Part shown: in pieces, positions 46,984-56,339 of the stretch | Numbering within the stretch: the stretch's first letter is position 1 | Layout of the letters: every line of letters starts with the position of its first letter | Origin: Minisyncoccia bacterium | Lineage (GTDB): Bacteria; Patescibacteriota; Minisyncoccia; UBA6257; 2-01-FULL-56-20 | DNA length: 64,000 nt | Direction: 5' to 3' | NCBI GenBank assembly: GCA_049997875.1 | Contig: JBEKRC010000001.1 | Coordinates: 236,609 to 300,608 of the forward strand | Made by a program: the position numbers and the translations under genes | The notes under the pieces: model-generated | The model's database searches: none | Seen by the model: only the letters and a program-made list of their open reading frames with translations | Told to the model about the DNA's origin: nothing

Positions 46984-49011
46984 ATGCCCGCCCGGGTTAT
47001 AAAATTCATTCGGCGAGAAAAATTCATCCTTATCGTGATGGTGGCGACCGTTGCCGCGTTCTCGGTAGCGTCGCTTTTTTCATATCAGGTTACCCATTGG
47101 TTTGAAGTGAAATTTTTCGATAGTAAGGTGGGGCAAGCACAGCACGGTCTTGATGCGGATTCGCAATATGTCTTTCAGAACATAGGGGAGGTTGCGACCC
47201 CTTCCAGTTTCGCGAAACTGATTGAGGCGAGAGACGTGCCGCAGCTTGCTTCGGCGCTCCAGGACGAGCAGGCGATTCATCACTTCGATGCCTTGAGCGT
47301 TACGGATGACGCAGGGGTTGTCTTGGCACAAACGCAGGCCTCTTCCTCCCGCATCGGCGATTATATATTCCAGACGACGGCCTACGGGCAGAAAGTGGCA
47401 GAGGGAATAGCCGTGGTCTCCATAGAGCGCGGGAACGACACCCCGCTCTTAGTGGTTGCGGGCTATCCTGTGACCGACCATGGGCAAATGGTAGGAGCGG
47501 TGTTCGGCGGCTATTCAATTGATGATGCCTATGCCCGCAACTTCAGGGATAAATATTTGACTGGCGGAGAAAATCTCATTTTCTACTCAAACCAGGACGG
47601 CGTGGTCGGAACCACTTTTGAAGATCCGGACACCAAACTTCTCCTTGCGGCATATTTCAACATCGGCTCCGATTGGATTCTGAAGGGACAATCGGACCGC
47701 GAGGTAATTGTGGAAGGAAGGGCATATTTCGTGAAAAATTTCGTTTTCCCCGGTCCTTACGGAGGAAGCCCGGGAGGGGTGCTCGTGCTTTACCCGGCAG
47801 GCTATACCGCGGAAGCCGCTATTTTTTCTTCGATCGTCGCGCTTATCTTCGCCCTCATCATGTTCTATCTCCACACCCGCGGAGCGACGAAAAGGCGCTA
47901 TGAAACAGAGGTTACGATTCTCATAATCTGCTCGCTTGTCGTGTTCTTCGCAATCTTTTTCACCGACAGTTCGTTGCTGTACAGCCATTCAATTCTCGTC
48001 CAGAAACCGTCGTACACCATTTATAACTCAACGCTTGCATTCGACCCAAGCTTCGCCGTTTTGAGCAGGTCGTCGGAGCAACGGGTGGGGGTCGAGGTGT
48101 CAACGGGCGGAGAAGCCATCAATGCCGCCCAGATTGACGTAACGTATGATCCCGCAAGGGTTTGGGTAGCAGATATTATTACTGCGAATTCCTTTTGCGC
48201 GCCAGCAATATTTCTAGAGAAAAGCATTGACAATAAACGCGGCGAGGTGCAAGTGACTTGCGGCCTTCCGACCCCAGGTTTTTCCGGCGAGAGCGGCGAT
48301 GTAGTTACGCTCGCCCTGCGGCCTATCCAAGAGGGAGACGTGACGTTACATTTCAGCACGGGCACGCAGATATTGGCGAATGACGGATTGGGCACGGATG
48401 TTTTGCGCCTCGCGACCGACGGCAGCTATCGCATCATTTACGAAGCGACGGCGGAAAACAGCACCTCTTCGGTCATAGTATTTTCTCCGACGTATCCCAA
48501 CAGCGCCAGGTGGTATGACGAGCCGGACGGCCTCTTCACATGGATTGCTTCTCCTGGCTATCGCTATCTTTATTTACTGAATAAAATTCCTGCCATGGCA
48601 ACGCTCGCGGGAGCGAGCACGACTCCCGCCGACTCGGTTTCATTCTCCGGCCTTACCGATGGCGTTTATTATTTCCATATCCAGCCGATAAAAGGAGGGA
48701 TCAGCGGCGCGGTTTCCGATTACAAGGTAATGATAGACACAACGCCGCCGTCGCAACCTATCATCAAGGCCAGCGAAACAACGGTATCTGAGGGCCAGAT
48801 TATAAGGCTAACGTTCGAAAGCAATGACGAATTAAGCGGTTTGCAGGGTAACTATTACGTCCAGTTTGACGACGGCGTTTTCCTGCCTACGGCCTCACCG
48901 CTTTCCGTCTCTCTCCCAAGGGGCACCCACGTCATTACTGTGCGGGCTTTTGATCATGCGGGCAATTTCGCCGACGGGAGCATAACGATCACGGTAACAA
49001 AAAGCCGGTGA
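46984..49011 (+). CDS. Membrane protein: Cache-like sensor + TMs + cohesin-like + Ig-like domains
   Basis: TM; VTDDAGVVLA..PV...VG Cache-like; two TMs; GEAINAAQ..YDP, ILANDGLGT cohesin-like; IDTTPP, GTHVITVRAFDHAGN Ig-like. Confidence 0.7.
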   Translation: MPARVIKFIRREKFILIVMVATVAAFSVASLFSYQVTHWFEVKFFDSKVGQAQHGLDADSQYVFQNIGEVATPSSFAKLIEARDVPQLASALQDEQAIHHFDALSVTDDAGVVLAQTQASSSRIGDYIFQTTAYGQKVAEGIAVVSIERGNDTPLLVVAGYPVTDHGQMVGAVFGGYSIDDAYARNFRDKYLTGGENLIFYSNQDGVVGTTFEDPDTKLLLAAYFNIGSDWILKGQSDREVIVEGRAYFVKNFVFPGPYGGSPGGVLVLYPAGYTAEAAIFSSIVALIFALIMFYLHTRGATKRRYETEVTILIICSLVVFFAIFFTDSSLLYSHSILVQKPSYTIYNSTLAFDPSFAVLSRSSEQRVGVEVSTGGEAINAAQIDVTYDPARVWVADIITANSFCAPAIFLEKSIDNKRGEVQVTCGLPTPGFSGESGDVVTLALRPIQEGDVTLHFSTGTQILANDGLGTDVLRLATDGSYRIIYEATAENSTSSVIVFSPTYPNSARWYDEPDGLFTWIASPGYRYLYLLNKIPAMATLAGASTTPADSVSFSGLTDGVYYFHIQPIKGGISGAVSDYKVMIDTTPPSQPIIKASETTVSEGQIIRLTFESNDELSGLQGNYYVQFDDGVFLPTASPLSVSLPRGTHVITVRAFDHAGNFADGSITITVTKSR

Positions 49012-49012
49012 C

Positions 49013-49071
49013 GCCCGTTTATTCAAACCCGAGAGGGACGAGGAATTTAGGTTCGAATCCCGTGCGGGCCA
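49013..49071 (+). pseudogene. Degenerate tRNA-like relic
   Basis: GCCCGT...GGTTCGAATCCCGTGCGGGCCA; acceptor and T-loop present, no anticodon arm. Confidence 0.45.
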
Positions 49072-49167
49072 TCGATTCGTGTGTTAGAATGAAGCTGTTC
49101 AATAGGACCGCGCAAAACATTCTCCATCAGCGCAGGGTCCAGGTTTTGACTAAAATTGGTTTATATT

Positions 49168-50412
49168 ATGAATAAAAAATCCGCCATTTCTTCATCCAGC
49201 AATACAATTCTCAAGCTCAAGGTTTTGGCCAAGAGAAAGGAAGGCGTCAGGCGCAAGCTGGTGGTGACCGCCAAGGAAAAGGAAGGCGTCAGGGACAAGC
49301 TGGCGATGACGGCCAAACAACTCGCCGTGACCGCCAAAGAAAAGGAACGCATCAGGCGCAAGCTGGTGGTGACCGCCAAAGAAAAGGAAAGCGTCAGGCG
49401 CAAGCTGGAGATCACGGCTGAGACACTCCGCCTCAAAGCTAAACAACTCGCCGCGATCGCCAAAGAAAAGGAACGCATCAGGCGAAAGCTGGTGGTGACC
49501 GCCAAGGAAAAGGAAAGCGTCAGGCGCAAGCTGGTGGTGACCGCCAAAGAAAAGGAACGCATCAGGCGCAAGCTGGCGGTGACGGCCAGGGAAAAGGAAA
49601 GCATCAGGAGCAAACTTGCCGTGACGGCCAAGCAACTCGCCGCGAGCGCCAAGAAAATTGAATCGGCAAACCAAGAGTTGCGATCGCTCGACTTAGCAAA
49701 AGATGAATTCGTTTCTATCGCTTCGCATCAGCTTCGGACGCCCCTTGCGGCCCTGAAAGGATACATCGGCATGCTCCTGGATGGAGATCGCGGGCCAATA
49801 AACGATAAACAGCGCGAGTATCTTGAGGCAGTAAAGAATGCCAACGATCGCATGATCAGGCTTATCACGGCGCTTCTTAATGTTTCAAGGGTTGATTTGA
49901 ACGTGTTCGCCGTTGAGCCTGAGCCGGTAAATTTTGAGGAGGTCGCTCTGAGCATGCTCAAAGAGCTTGAGGGCGATATTAAGGATAAAAAGTTACGGGT
50001 GGAGACGAGTTTCGAAAAAGGCATTCCGCTGCTTAATGCCGACCCGAACATCACCCGGATGATCTTCCAAAATTTGCTTACCAATGCGGTGAAATATACT
50101 CCCGCCGAAGGGAGTATTACGCTCAATATAAAAAAGGACGGTTCCGCTATTCTTATCTCGGTTGCCGATACTGGCTATGGAATTCCCAAAATGGCGCAGT
50201 CAAAGATTTTTACAAAAATGTTCCGAGCCGATAATGCGCGCGTAAAGGATCCCAATGGTACCGGCCTGGGATTATATATAATAAAGGCAACGATAGAGCA
50301 AACGGGAGGAAAAATTTGGTTCACGTCAAAGGAAAATAAAGGGTCGACGTTTTATGTTTCGATTCCTCTCGCGGGCATGAAGAAGAAAGCAGGTTCTAAA
50401 AGGCTAGAATAA
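49168..50412 (+). CDS. Soluble histidine kinase with N-terminal heptad-repeat coiled coil
   Basis: ASHQLRTP H-box, NLLTNAVKY, DTGYGI, GTGLGL; no TM segment. Confidence 0.92.
   Translation: MNKKSAISSSSNTILKLKVLAKRKEGVRRKLVVTAKEKEGVRDKLAMTAKQLAVTAKEKERIRRKLVVTAKEKESVRRKLEITAETLRLKAKQLAAIAKEKERIRRKLVVTAKEKESVRRKLVVTAKEKERIRRKLAVTAREKESIRSKLAVTAKQLAASAKKIESANQELRSLDLAKDEFVSIASHQLRTPLAALKGYIGMLLDGDRGPINDKQREYLEAVKNANDRMIRLITALLNVSRVDLNVFAVEPEPVNFEEVALSMLKELEGDIKDKKLRVETSFEKGIPLLNADPNITRMIFQNLLTNAVKYTPAEGSITLNIKKDGSAILISVADTGYGIPKMAQSKIFTKMFRADNARVKDPNGTGLGLYIIKATIEQTGGKIWFTSKENKGSTFYVSIPLAGMKKKAGSKRLE
49228..49647 (+). repeat. Intragenic tandem repeat: eight 42-nt and four 21-nt units
   Basis: GCCAAAGAAAAGGAA.GC.TCAGGCGCAAGCTGGTGGTGACC units encoding AKEKE(S/R)(V/I)RRKLVVT. 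Confidence 0.92.
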
Positions 50413-50425
50413 AATTAAAACATTT

Positions 50426-50806
50426 GTGGATGCGCCACCAAAAAAAATATTAATCGTTGAAGATGAAACGCTCATCTTGAATGGTATCTCGGACAAGTTT
50501 GCATTTGAAGGTTTCTCGGTACTCAAGGCAAGTAATGGTCAAGAGGGGTTGGCTAAGGCGCTCGCGGATCATCCCGACGTGATCCTTGTGGACTATCTTA
50601 TGCCCAATACCGATGGTTTTTACCTCCTTGAAAACCTTCGCAAGGACAAGTGGGGTAAAAACGCCCGAGTTATTATGTGGAGCAACTCTCACGACTCCAA
50701 CACTATGGCTCGAGCGAAAAAGTTAGGAGTTTTTGATTTTATGGTCAAGAGCGAATGGGAGTATCGGGATGTTGTGAAAAAAGTCAGGAAAGTTTTGAAG
50801 ATTTGA
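50426..50806 (+). CDS. Single-domain response regulator (receiver only)
   Basis: ILIVEDE, LVDYLMP..DG, SN, FMVK. Confidence 0.92.
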   Translation: MDAPPKKILIVEDETLILNGISDKFAFEGFSVLKASNGQEGLAKALADHPDVILVDYLMPNTDGFYLLENLRKDKWGKNARVIMWSNSHDSNTMARAKKLGVFDFMVKSEWEYRDVVKKVRKVLKI

Positions 50807-50877
50807 ATCTGGGGCGGGGGCCTCGCTATGCGTGGTGGCAGCGGCGATATGCTATAATGGAATATAACCACATTATC

Positions 50878-50891
50878 TGTGACAAAGGTCG
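50878..50891 (+). promoter_or_regulatory. Leader motif shared by both DUF3494 genes (copy 1)
   Basis: TGTGACAAAGGTCG, identical at 54970. Confidence 0.55.
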
Positions 50892-50928
50892 ATGATACTT
50901 GGAGATAAAAATAAATTAATAACAACTT

Positions 50929-52545
50929 ATGAAAAAGCTTAATAAGAATTCAATAGTAACCGCATTGGTCGTTTCCTTCGTGCTCGGTCTCGCTGGGCCA
51001 ATTACTGCGTTCGCGGCAGCGTCTCCAAGCCTTGGAGCGGCTGACAGTTACTCGGTTTTATCCGGCGCGGGAGCCACTAACACCGGCGTTACAACGATCA
51101 GTGGAGATGTCGGCGTGTCCCCAGCCGCGTCCTTTACGGGCACCAGTACCGTGACCTTCCTCGCTCCAGGCAATCCACACCTCGCTGATGGGCCCGCGGC
51201 TGCGGCTCAGCTTGCTAATGCCGCCGCATTCGGCGCACTTAGCGCGGCGCCAAATACAGCATGCACTACCGACTGGTCCGGAACTGGTGTTATTGATCTA
51301 GCTTCGAAAACCCTCGCGCCAGGCATTTATTGTGCGGATGCGTTTTCGTTGTCGGGAACGCTCACGCTGGATGACACCGGCGGTCCCAGTGGGGTCTGGA
51401 TTTTCCGATCCGCGGCTACGCTCATTACATCACCCGGTGTCGGCGCCAAGGTCCAATTTCTTAATGGGACTGGCTTAGCCTGCAACGTGTGGTGGAAGGT
51501 CGTCAGTTCCGCGACTATCGGTACCGGCACTACGTTCATAGGAAATATTCTCGCGTCCACGGCCATCGCCCTGCAGACCGGCGCAACCTTGGACGGTCGA
51601 GCCTTCGCGCAAACTGCTGCAGTAACGTTGGATACCAATACTATTTCGGGACCGATATGTGCGGCCCCGCCTCCTCCCGTGCCTGTCCCGGCACCGGTTG
51701 CGCCGTCAGCTAGTGCTAGCACTGGCGGCGGTAGGATAGTACCCTTGATCGGAATACTCAAAGTTCCAACGCCCTTAGCCTTGCCTGGAGGAGCCGGTTC
51801 GGTTACTTACAACTACACAGTCTGGAACGTCGGGGGGCAGCAGGCGTTGACGGATGTTACGGTGACCGACGATAAGTGCAGTCCGGTAACTTTGCTTTCC
51901 GGCGATCTGAACAGCAACGGCAAACTTGATCCGGGCGAAAAATGGAAATACAGCTGTACCACAACGCTCTCGCAGACTACTGCAAACACTTCAATCGCGA
52001 CCGGTTACAGCGACGATAGCTATCACCAGGCCACAATCGCAACCGCAATCGCTACCGTTGCTGTTGGCGTGCCGTTAAACCCCCCTCTCATTAACATCAT
52101 AAAGGTGCCGAGTCGCCTGACCCCATTTCCATTCGGAGGTGGTAATGTCAAGTACACATACACCGTGACAAACCCGGGCGTGGTTGCGATGCATGATGTA
52201 GTTGTCACTGACGACAAATGCGGTCCGGTTTCTCGCGTTATCGGAGGTACCACTGCTAATGGCAACAACAATGGCCTGCTCAATCCCGGTGAGTCATGGA
52301 CTTATACCTGTCAAACGAATGTTCCGGTTTCAACCAGTAATGTCGCTACGGCTCAAGGTACGGCAAATGGTTTTACCGCCCGGGGCTATGCCTTTGCTAC
52401 GGTACTTGTGGCTGCTCCCGGACTTCCGAATACCGGATTTCCTCCAAAGGAGAACGGTATCCCGTGGGGCATCATCACATTGGCTGGCGTCCTCGCATTA
52501 GCTTCTGCCTCGCTCGTCGTAGTTCTAAAAAAACGAAGGGTCTAG
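50929..52545 (+). CDS. DUF3494 ice-binding-like protein with two Ig-like repeats and LPxTG sorting signal
   Basis: Signal peptide; SLGAADSYSVL, LAPGIY, WIF, NVWW.V, GNILA, GRAFAQTAAVTLD; LPNTG-TM-KKRR. Confidence 0.88.
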   Translation: MKKLNKNSIVTALVVSFVLGLAGPITAFAAASPSLGAADSYSVLSGAGATNTGVTTISGDVGVSPAASFTGTSTVTFLAPGNPHLADGPAAAAQLANAAAFGALSAAPNTACTTDWSGTGVIDLASKTLAPGIYCADAFSLSGTLTLDDTGGPSGVWIFRSAATLITSPGVGAKVQFLNGTGLACNVWWKVVSSATIGTGTTFIGNILASTAIALQTGATLDGRAFAQTAAVTLDTNTISGPICAAPPPPVPVPAPVAPSASASTGGGRIVPLIGILKVPTPLALPGGAGSVTYNYTVWNVGGQQALTDVTVTDDKCSPVTLLSGDLNSNGKLDPGEKWKYSCTTTLSQTTANTSIATGYSDDSYHQATIATAIATVAVGVPLNPPLINIIKVPSRLTPFPFGGGNVKYTYTVTNPGVVAMHDVVVTDDKCGPVSRVIGGTTANGNNNGLLNPGESWTYTCQTNVPVSTSNVATAQGTANGFTARGYAFATVLVAAPGLPNTGFPPKENGIPWGIITLAGVLALASASLVVVLKKRRV

Positions 52546-52572
52546 TTTCGACGCTCACGGGAATCAACCGAT

Positions 52573-53187
52573 GTGTTTGGCCTCGAGGCACGTACAAAAA
52601 TCTCGTTAACGTGGTCGCTGATTATTCTTGGCATTGTGGGGATTGCATTCTCTTCACTGGTCATTTTCTTTCTGAAAGGTTTCTATGCAAATCCGGTCCC
52701 GCTGACCGGCAGTCAGATTCCGCCAGATTTGCAACGGGCGGGATCAGAACTTCCGATTCGCCTCAAGATTCCAAAGATCAATGTCGACGCCGGCATTGAA
52801 TACGTTGGTCTTACGCCGCAGGGGACAATGGATGTGCCAAAAGGTCCCACGGACGCGGCCTGGTTCGATCTCGGGCCGCGCCCCGGGGAGAATGGCAGTG
52901 CCGTGATCGCGGGACATGAGGGATGGAAAGACGGCATACGGGCGGTATTTGATGATTTATATAAATTGCGCATAGGAGACAAGGTATACGTTGAAGATGA
53001 GCGCGAGGAGACTACCACGTTTGTGGTGCGCGGAATTCAGGCGTATGACCAAAACGGGGATGGCTCGGATGTGTTTAGCTCAAACGACGGGAAAGCGCAT
53101 CTTAATCTTATAACGTGCGAGGGGACTTGGAATGCGGCAGAGAAGAGTTATTCCAATCGGCTTGTGGTATTTACGGAAAAATTTTAG
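52573..53187 (+). CDS. Class F sortase
   Basis: RLKIPKI, PGENGSAVIAGH, LNLITC, R. Confidence 0.9.
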   Translation: MFGLEARTKISLTWSLIILGIVGIAFSSLVIFFLKGFYANPVPLTGSQIPPDLQRAGSELPIRLKIPKINVDAGIEYVGLTPQGTMDVPKGPTDAAWFDLGPRPGENGSAVIAGHEGWKDGIRAVFDDLYKLRIGDKVYVEDEREETTTFVVRGIQAYDQNGDGSDVFSSNDGKAHLNLITCEGTWNAAEKSYSNRLVVFTEKF

Positions 53188-53283
53188 TGCATATGTAAAC
53201 GCCTCATCTGAAGGCTTGAAAACAGGATACGTGGTGCGGTCCGATCATCGCTATTCTCTCGAAAGCATGGTATGCTTAGGAAA

Positions 53284-53703
53284 ATGGCATCAGCGAAAAA
53301 AATAAAATTGGTTCTTGATCGAAAGCTCAAAGAAGTTTGCGAAACTCCCGCAAGCTTCACTTTTTTCGTTTCGCTCCATGATTTCGTCAAATATATCGAA
53401 TCCACGCCTTCGTTCGCGGTCTTTTTCTCCGGCGCGAAAAAGGGAGGCCGGGCCAAGGAACTCTCCCCCAAATACTCCGTTATGAGGCAGGTCTATCAAG
53501 GGATAGAAGATATCGATGTCCGCACCACGAATGATCTCGGGCATGATCGCTATGTGGCGATCCGCGAGTTGAGCTTGATCCGGAACAAGGACGTTTCCGA
53601 TAATAATTCGTTCTGGAAGCGCCGGGAACTTCTCCGAAAAGTGGCAGGCGAGATCCACCATACGCTGCAGAGTTATCTTTCCGAATCGGGCGTCAAACAT
53701 TAA
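53284..53703 (+). CDS. Hypothetical protein
   Basis: Compact ORF 10 nt before the helicase, -10-like TATGCT upstream. Confidence 0.6.
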   Translation: MASAKKIKLVLDRKLKEVCETPASFTFFVSLHDFVKYIESTPSFAVFFSGAKKGGRAKELSPKYSVMRQVYQGIEDIDVRTTNDLGHDRYVAIRELSLIRNKDVSDNNSFWKRRELLRKVAGEIHHTLQSYLSESGVKH

Positions 53704-53713
53704 AATTAGTCCC

Positions 53714-54952
53714 ATGTCCGACCAGTCCGGTTTTCGCGGCCTCGGCATCGCCCCGAGCATTCTCGGCATTCTTGATAAGCTCCGTTTCACGACGCCCACG
53801 CCCATCCAGGAGCAATCCGTCCCGCAGGCGATTGAGGGGAAAGACATGATGGGGATCGCGCAGACCGGTACCGGGAAAACGCTCGCATTCGGCATCCCGC
53901 TCATCCAAAACATGCTGAAGGACGCCCGCCGTCGCGCACTAATCCTTCTGCCAACGCGGGAACTCGCGTTACAAGTGGATGAGGCGCTCAGAAAGATCGG
54001 CGGACCATTGGGCGTAAAGACCGCGGTGCTTATCGGCGGCGAGCCCATACGAAGGCAATGGCATGCGCTCGGTCGTATGCCACAGATCATTTTGGCGACC
54101 CCCGGGCGGCTCATTGACCATCTTGAGCAAAAGACGGTGAGCCTGAAGGAGGTGAGCATCGTCGTGCTTGATGAGGCCGACCGGATGCTTGACATGGGAT
54201 TCGCGCCTCAGCTCAGGCGGATCCTCGCGGTCCTTCCGCGCGAGCGGCAAACCATGCTCTTTTCGGCTACGATGCCGGAGAGCATCGTAGCTATGGCACG
54301 CGCGTTCCTTAAACTTCCGGTGCGCGTGGAGGTTGCACGCTCGGGCACGGCGGTAAAGGATGTCACGCAGGAATTGTTCTTTGTGACCCAGGCGGAAAAA
54401 CCGAGATTGTTGGAAAAGATCCTGCAGGAATACCGCGGTTCGGTCCTTGTATTTTCAAGAACGAAGTTCGGCGCGAAAAAGATCGCGGTCCATCTTCGCG
54501 CGCTTGGGCATACCGCAGTGGATTTCCATTCCAACCGTTCGCAAAACCAGCGGCAAGAAGCCCTTGATGGTTTCAAGAACGGCAAATATCGCGTGGTGGT
54601 TGCGACGGACATCGCGGCGCGGGGCATTGACGTGAAGAACATTGAACTCGTGCTCAATTATGACCTTCCCGCCGTTGCGGAGGATTATATCCATCGCATC
54701 GGTCGTACCGCCCGGGCTGGTGAGAGCGGCCACGCCATTTCTTTTGCACGGCCGGATCAAAAGGGGGACGTACAGGCCATTGAGCGCCTGATGCGCGCCA
54801 CGCTGCCCGTTTCACGGCTGCCGGCGCTTCCTCCTCCCCCTCTCGCCGCCCCGCAACCTTTTGAGCGGGAACGGCGGACATTCCTGTTTCACGCCCAGCG
54901 CCATACCCAAAAACCGTCCCGCCGTTTCAGACCGCGGCGCTTGAGAGGTTAG
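53714..54952 (+). CDS. DEAD-box RNA helicase (RhlE-like)
   Basis: AQTGTGKT, PTREL, DEAD, SAT, ARGID, HRIGRTAR. Confidence 0.95.
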   Translation: MSDQSGFRGLGIAPSILGILDKLRFTTPTPIQEQSVPQAIEGKDMMGIAQTGTGKTLAFGIPLIQNMLKDARRRALILLPTRELALQVDEALRKIGGPLGVKTAVLIGGEPIRRQWHALGRMPQIILATPGRLIDHLEQKTVSLKEVSIVVLDEADRMLDMGFAPQLRRILAVLPRERQTMLFSATMPESIVAMARAFLKLPVRVEVARSGTAVKDVTQELFFVTQAEKPRLLEKILQEYRGSVLVFSRTKFGAKKIAVHLRALGHTAVDFHSNRSQNQRQEALDGFKNGKYRVVVATDIAARGIDVKNIELVLNYDLPAVAEDYIHRIGRTARAGESGHAISFARPDQKGDVQAIERLMRATLPVSRLPALPPPPLAAPQPFERERRTFLFHAQRHTQKPSRRFRPRRLRG

Positions 54953-54969
54953 GGTGGTATACTTAATTA

Positions 54970-54983
54970 TGTGACAAAGGTCG
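54970..54983 (+). promoter_or_regulatory. Leader motif shared by both DUF3494 genes (copy 2)
   Basis: TGTGACAAAGGTCG just downstream of a TATACT -10. Confidence 0.55.
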
Positions 54984-55018
54984 GAGATCGTAAAAACTAA
55001 GAAATAAAAAATAAAACT

Positions 55019-56242
55019 ATGAAAATGTTTAATAAGGTTTCGATAGGCGCATTGGTTGTTTCCTTGGTGCTCGGTTTTGCCGGACAAGCTGCGCTCGCGG
55101 CCGGCCCGGCAGCGGTAAATCTTGGATCGGCGGGCAATTTTGTGATTCTGGCAAAAACGGGGATCTCAACCACCGGATCCACCTCGATTGTCGGGGATCT
55201 TGGACTTAGTCCGGCAGCCGCGAGTTACATAACCGGATTTGCGTTAACGCTTCCCGCGGCAAGCGCATTTTCCACGTCAGCGTTAGTGACCGGGAAAGTA
55301 TATGCGTCCGACTATGCGGATCCGACTCCTGCTAACCTGACCACGGCGGTTCTCGACATGCAAACCGCGTACACCGACGCGGCGGGGCGGGTGCCCAACG
55401 TTACTGAACTGGGAGCCGGAAATATCGGCGGGCTGACACTCACCCCCGGTGTCTATAAATGGAGTACCGGCCTCACCATACCAACGGATGTTACTCTCTC
55501 GGGCGGCGCAAACGACGTTTGGATCTTCCAGGTGGCGCAAAATCTTAATATTAGCTCCGCCACGAAGATAGTCCTCGCCGGTGGCGCACGGGCGAGTAAT
55601 ATTTTCTGGGTTGTCGCAGGGCAGACGACGCTTGGAACGACGGCCGTCTTCAATGGAAATATATTGGATCAAACAGCGATCGTGCTGAACACCGGCGCAA
55701 CGCTGAATGGCCGAGCACTCGCACAGACCGCAGTTACGTTGGACTCAAACGCCGTTACCACGCCAACTTCTGCAGCTCCGGCGGTTCCCGCAACACCGGC
55801 AGTTCCTGCAACCCCGCCATCGGGGACAAGCACTTCGGCCACGCCGGCCACTCCCGCAGTTCCTGCGACGCCATCTACGAACGCCGCCCTACAGGCCCAG
55901 CTGAACGGTTTGTTAGGAACTTTGCACTCACTCCAGGCGCAGCAGGCCGCACAGCAGGGTTCTTCCGCTTCCGCTTCCGCTTTCGGCCAGCAGGTTCGGG
56001 CGATTGTGGCCGACCTCAGTACGGGCAGCAGAGGTAGCAACGTGACGACTCTTCAGCAATTCTTGATCTCGCAGGGGAAAGGTCCCGCGGCGCAAGCTCT
56101 TGCCAGAAATGGCGCGACAACGTATTTCGGAACTCTTACCCGCGCGGCGCTTGCGGAATTTCAGCAAAGTGTCGGCATAACGCCAGCAAGCGGTTACTTC
56201 GGACCGAAAACAAGGGCATACGTTAATTCTTCAAGTCAATAG
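55019..56242 (+). CDS. DUF3494 ice-binding-like protein with PAT-rich linker and peptidoglycan-binding domain
   Basis: VNLGSAGNFVILAKTGIS, LTPGVYKW, WIFQ, NIFW; GSRGSNVTTLQQFL..GYFGPKTR. Confidence 0.9.
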   Translation: MKMFNKVSIGALVVSLVLGFAGQAALAAGPAAVNLGSAGNFVILAKTGISTTGSTSIVGDLGLSPAAASYITGFALTLPAASAFSTSALVTGKVYASDYADPTPANLTTAVLDMQTAYTDAAGRVPNVTELGAGNIGGLTLTPGVYKWSTGLTIPTDVTLSGGANDVWIFQVAQNLNISSATKIVLAGGARASNIFWVVAGQTTLGTTAVFNGNILDQTAIVLNTGATLNGRALAQTAVTLDSNAVTTPTSAAPAVPATPAVPATPPSGTSTSATPATPAVPATPSTNAALQAQLNGLLGTLHSLQAQQAAQQGSSASASAFGQQVRAIVADLSTGSRGSNVTTLQQFLISQGKGPAAQALARNGATTYFGTLTRAALAEFQQSVGITPASGYFGPKTRAYVNSSSQ

Positions 56243-56339
56243 CCCGATTGTTTTTTGGCGCGGCTATCATAGGCACCTCGCTTGAGGTCCTCTCCTTAGT
56301 GCTGGTCCATAACGGAGACATCGTGCCTGGTTTTGGAAC

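Noticed and set aside
49228-49647. 42-nt repeats as a CRISPR array
   Set aside because: No unique spacers, in-frame coding repeat, no cas genes.
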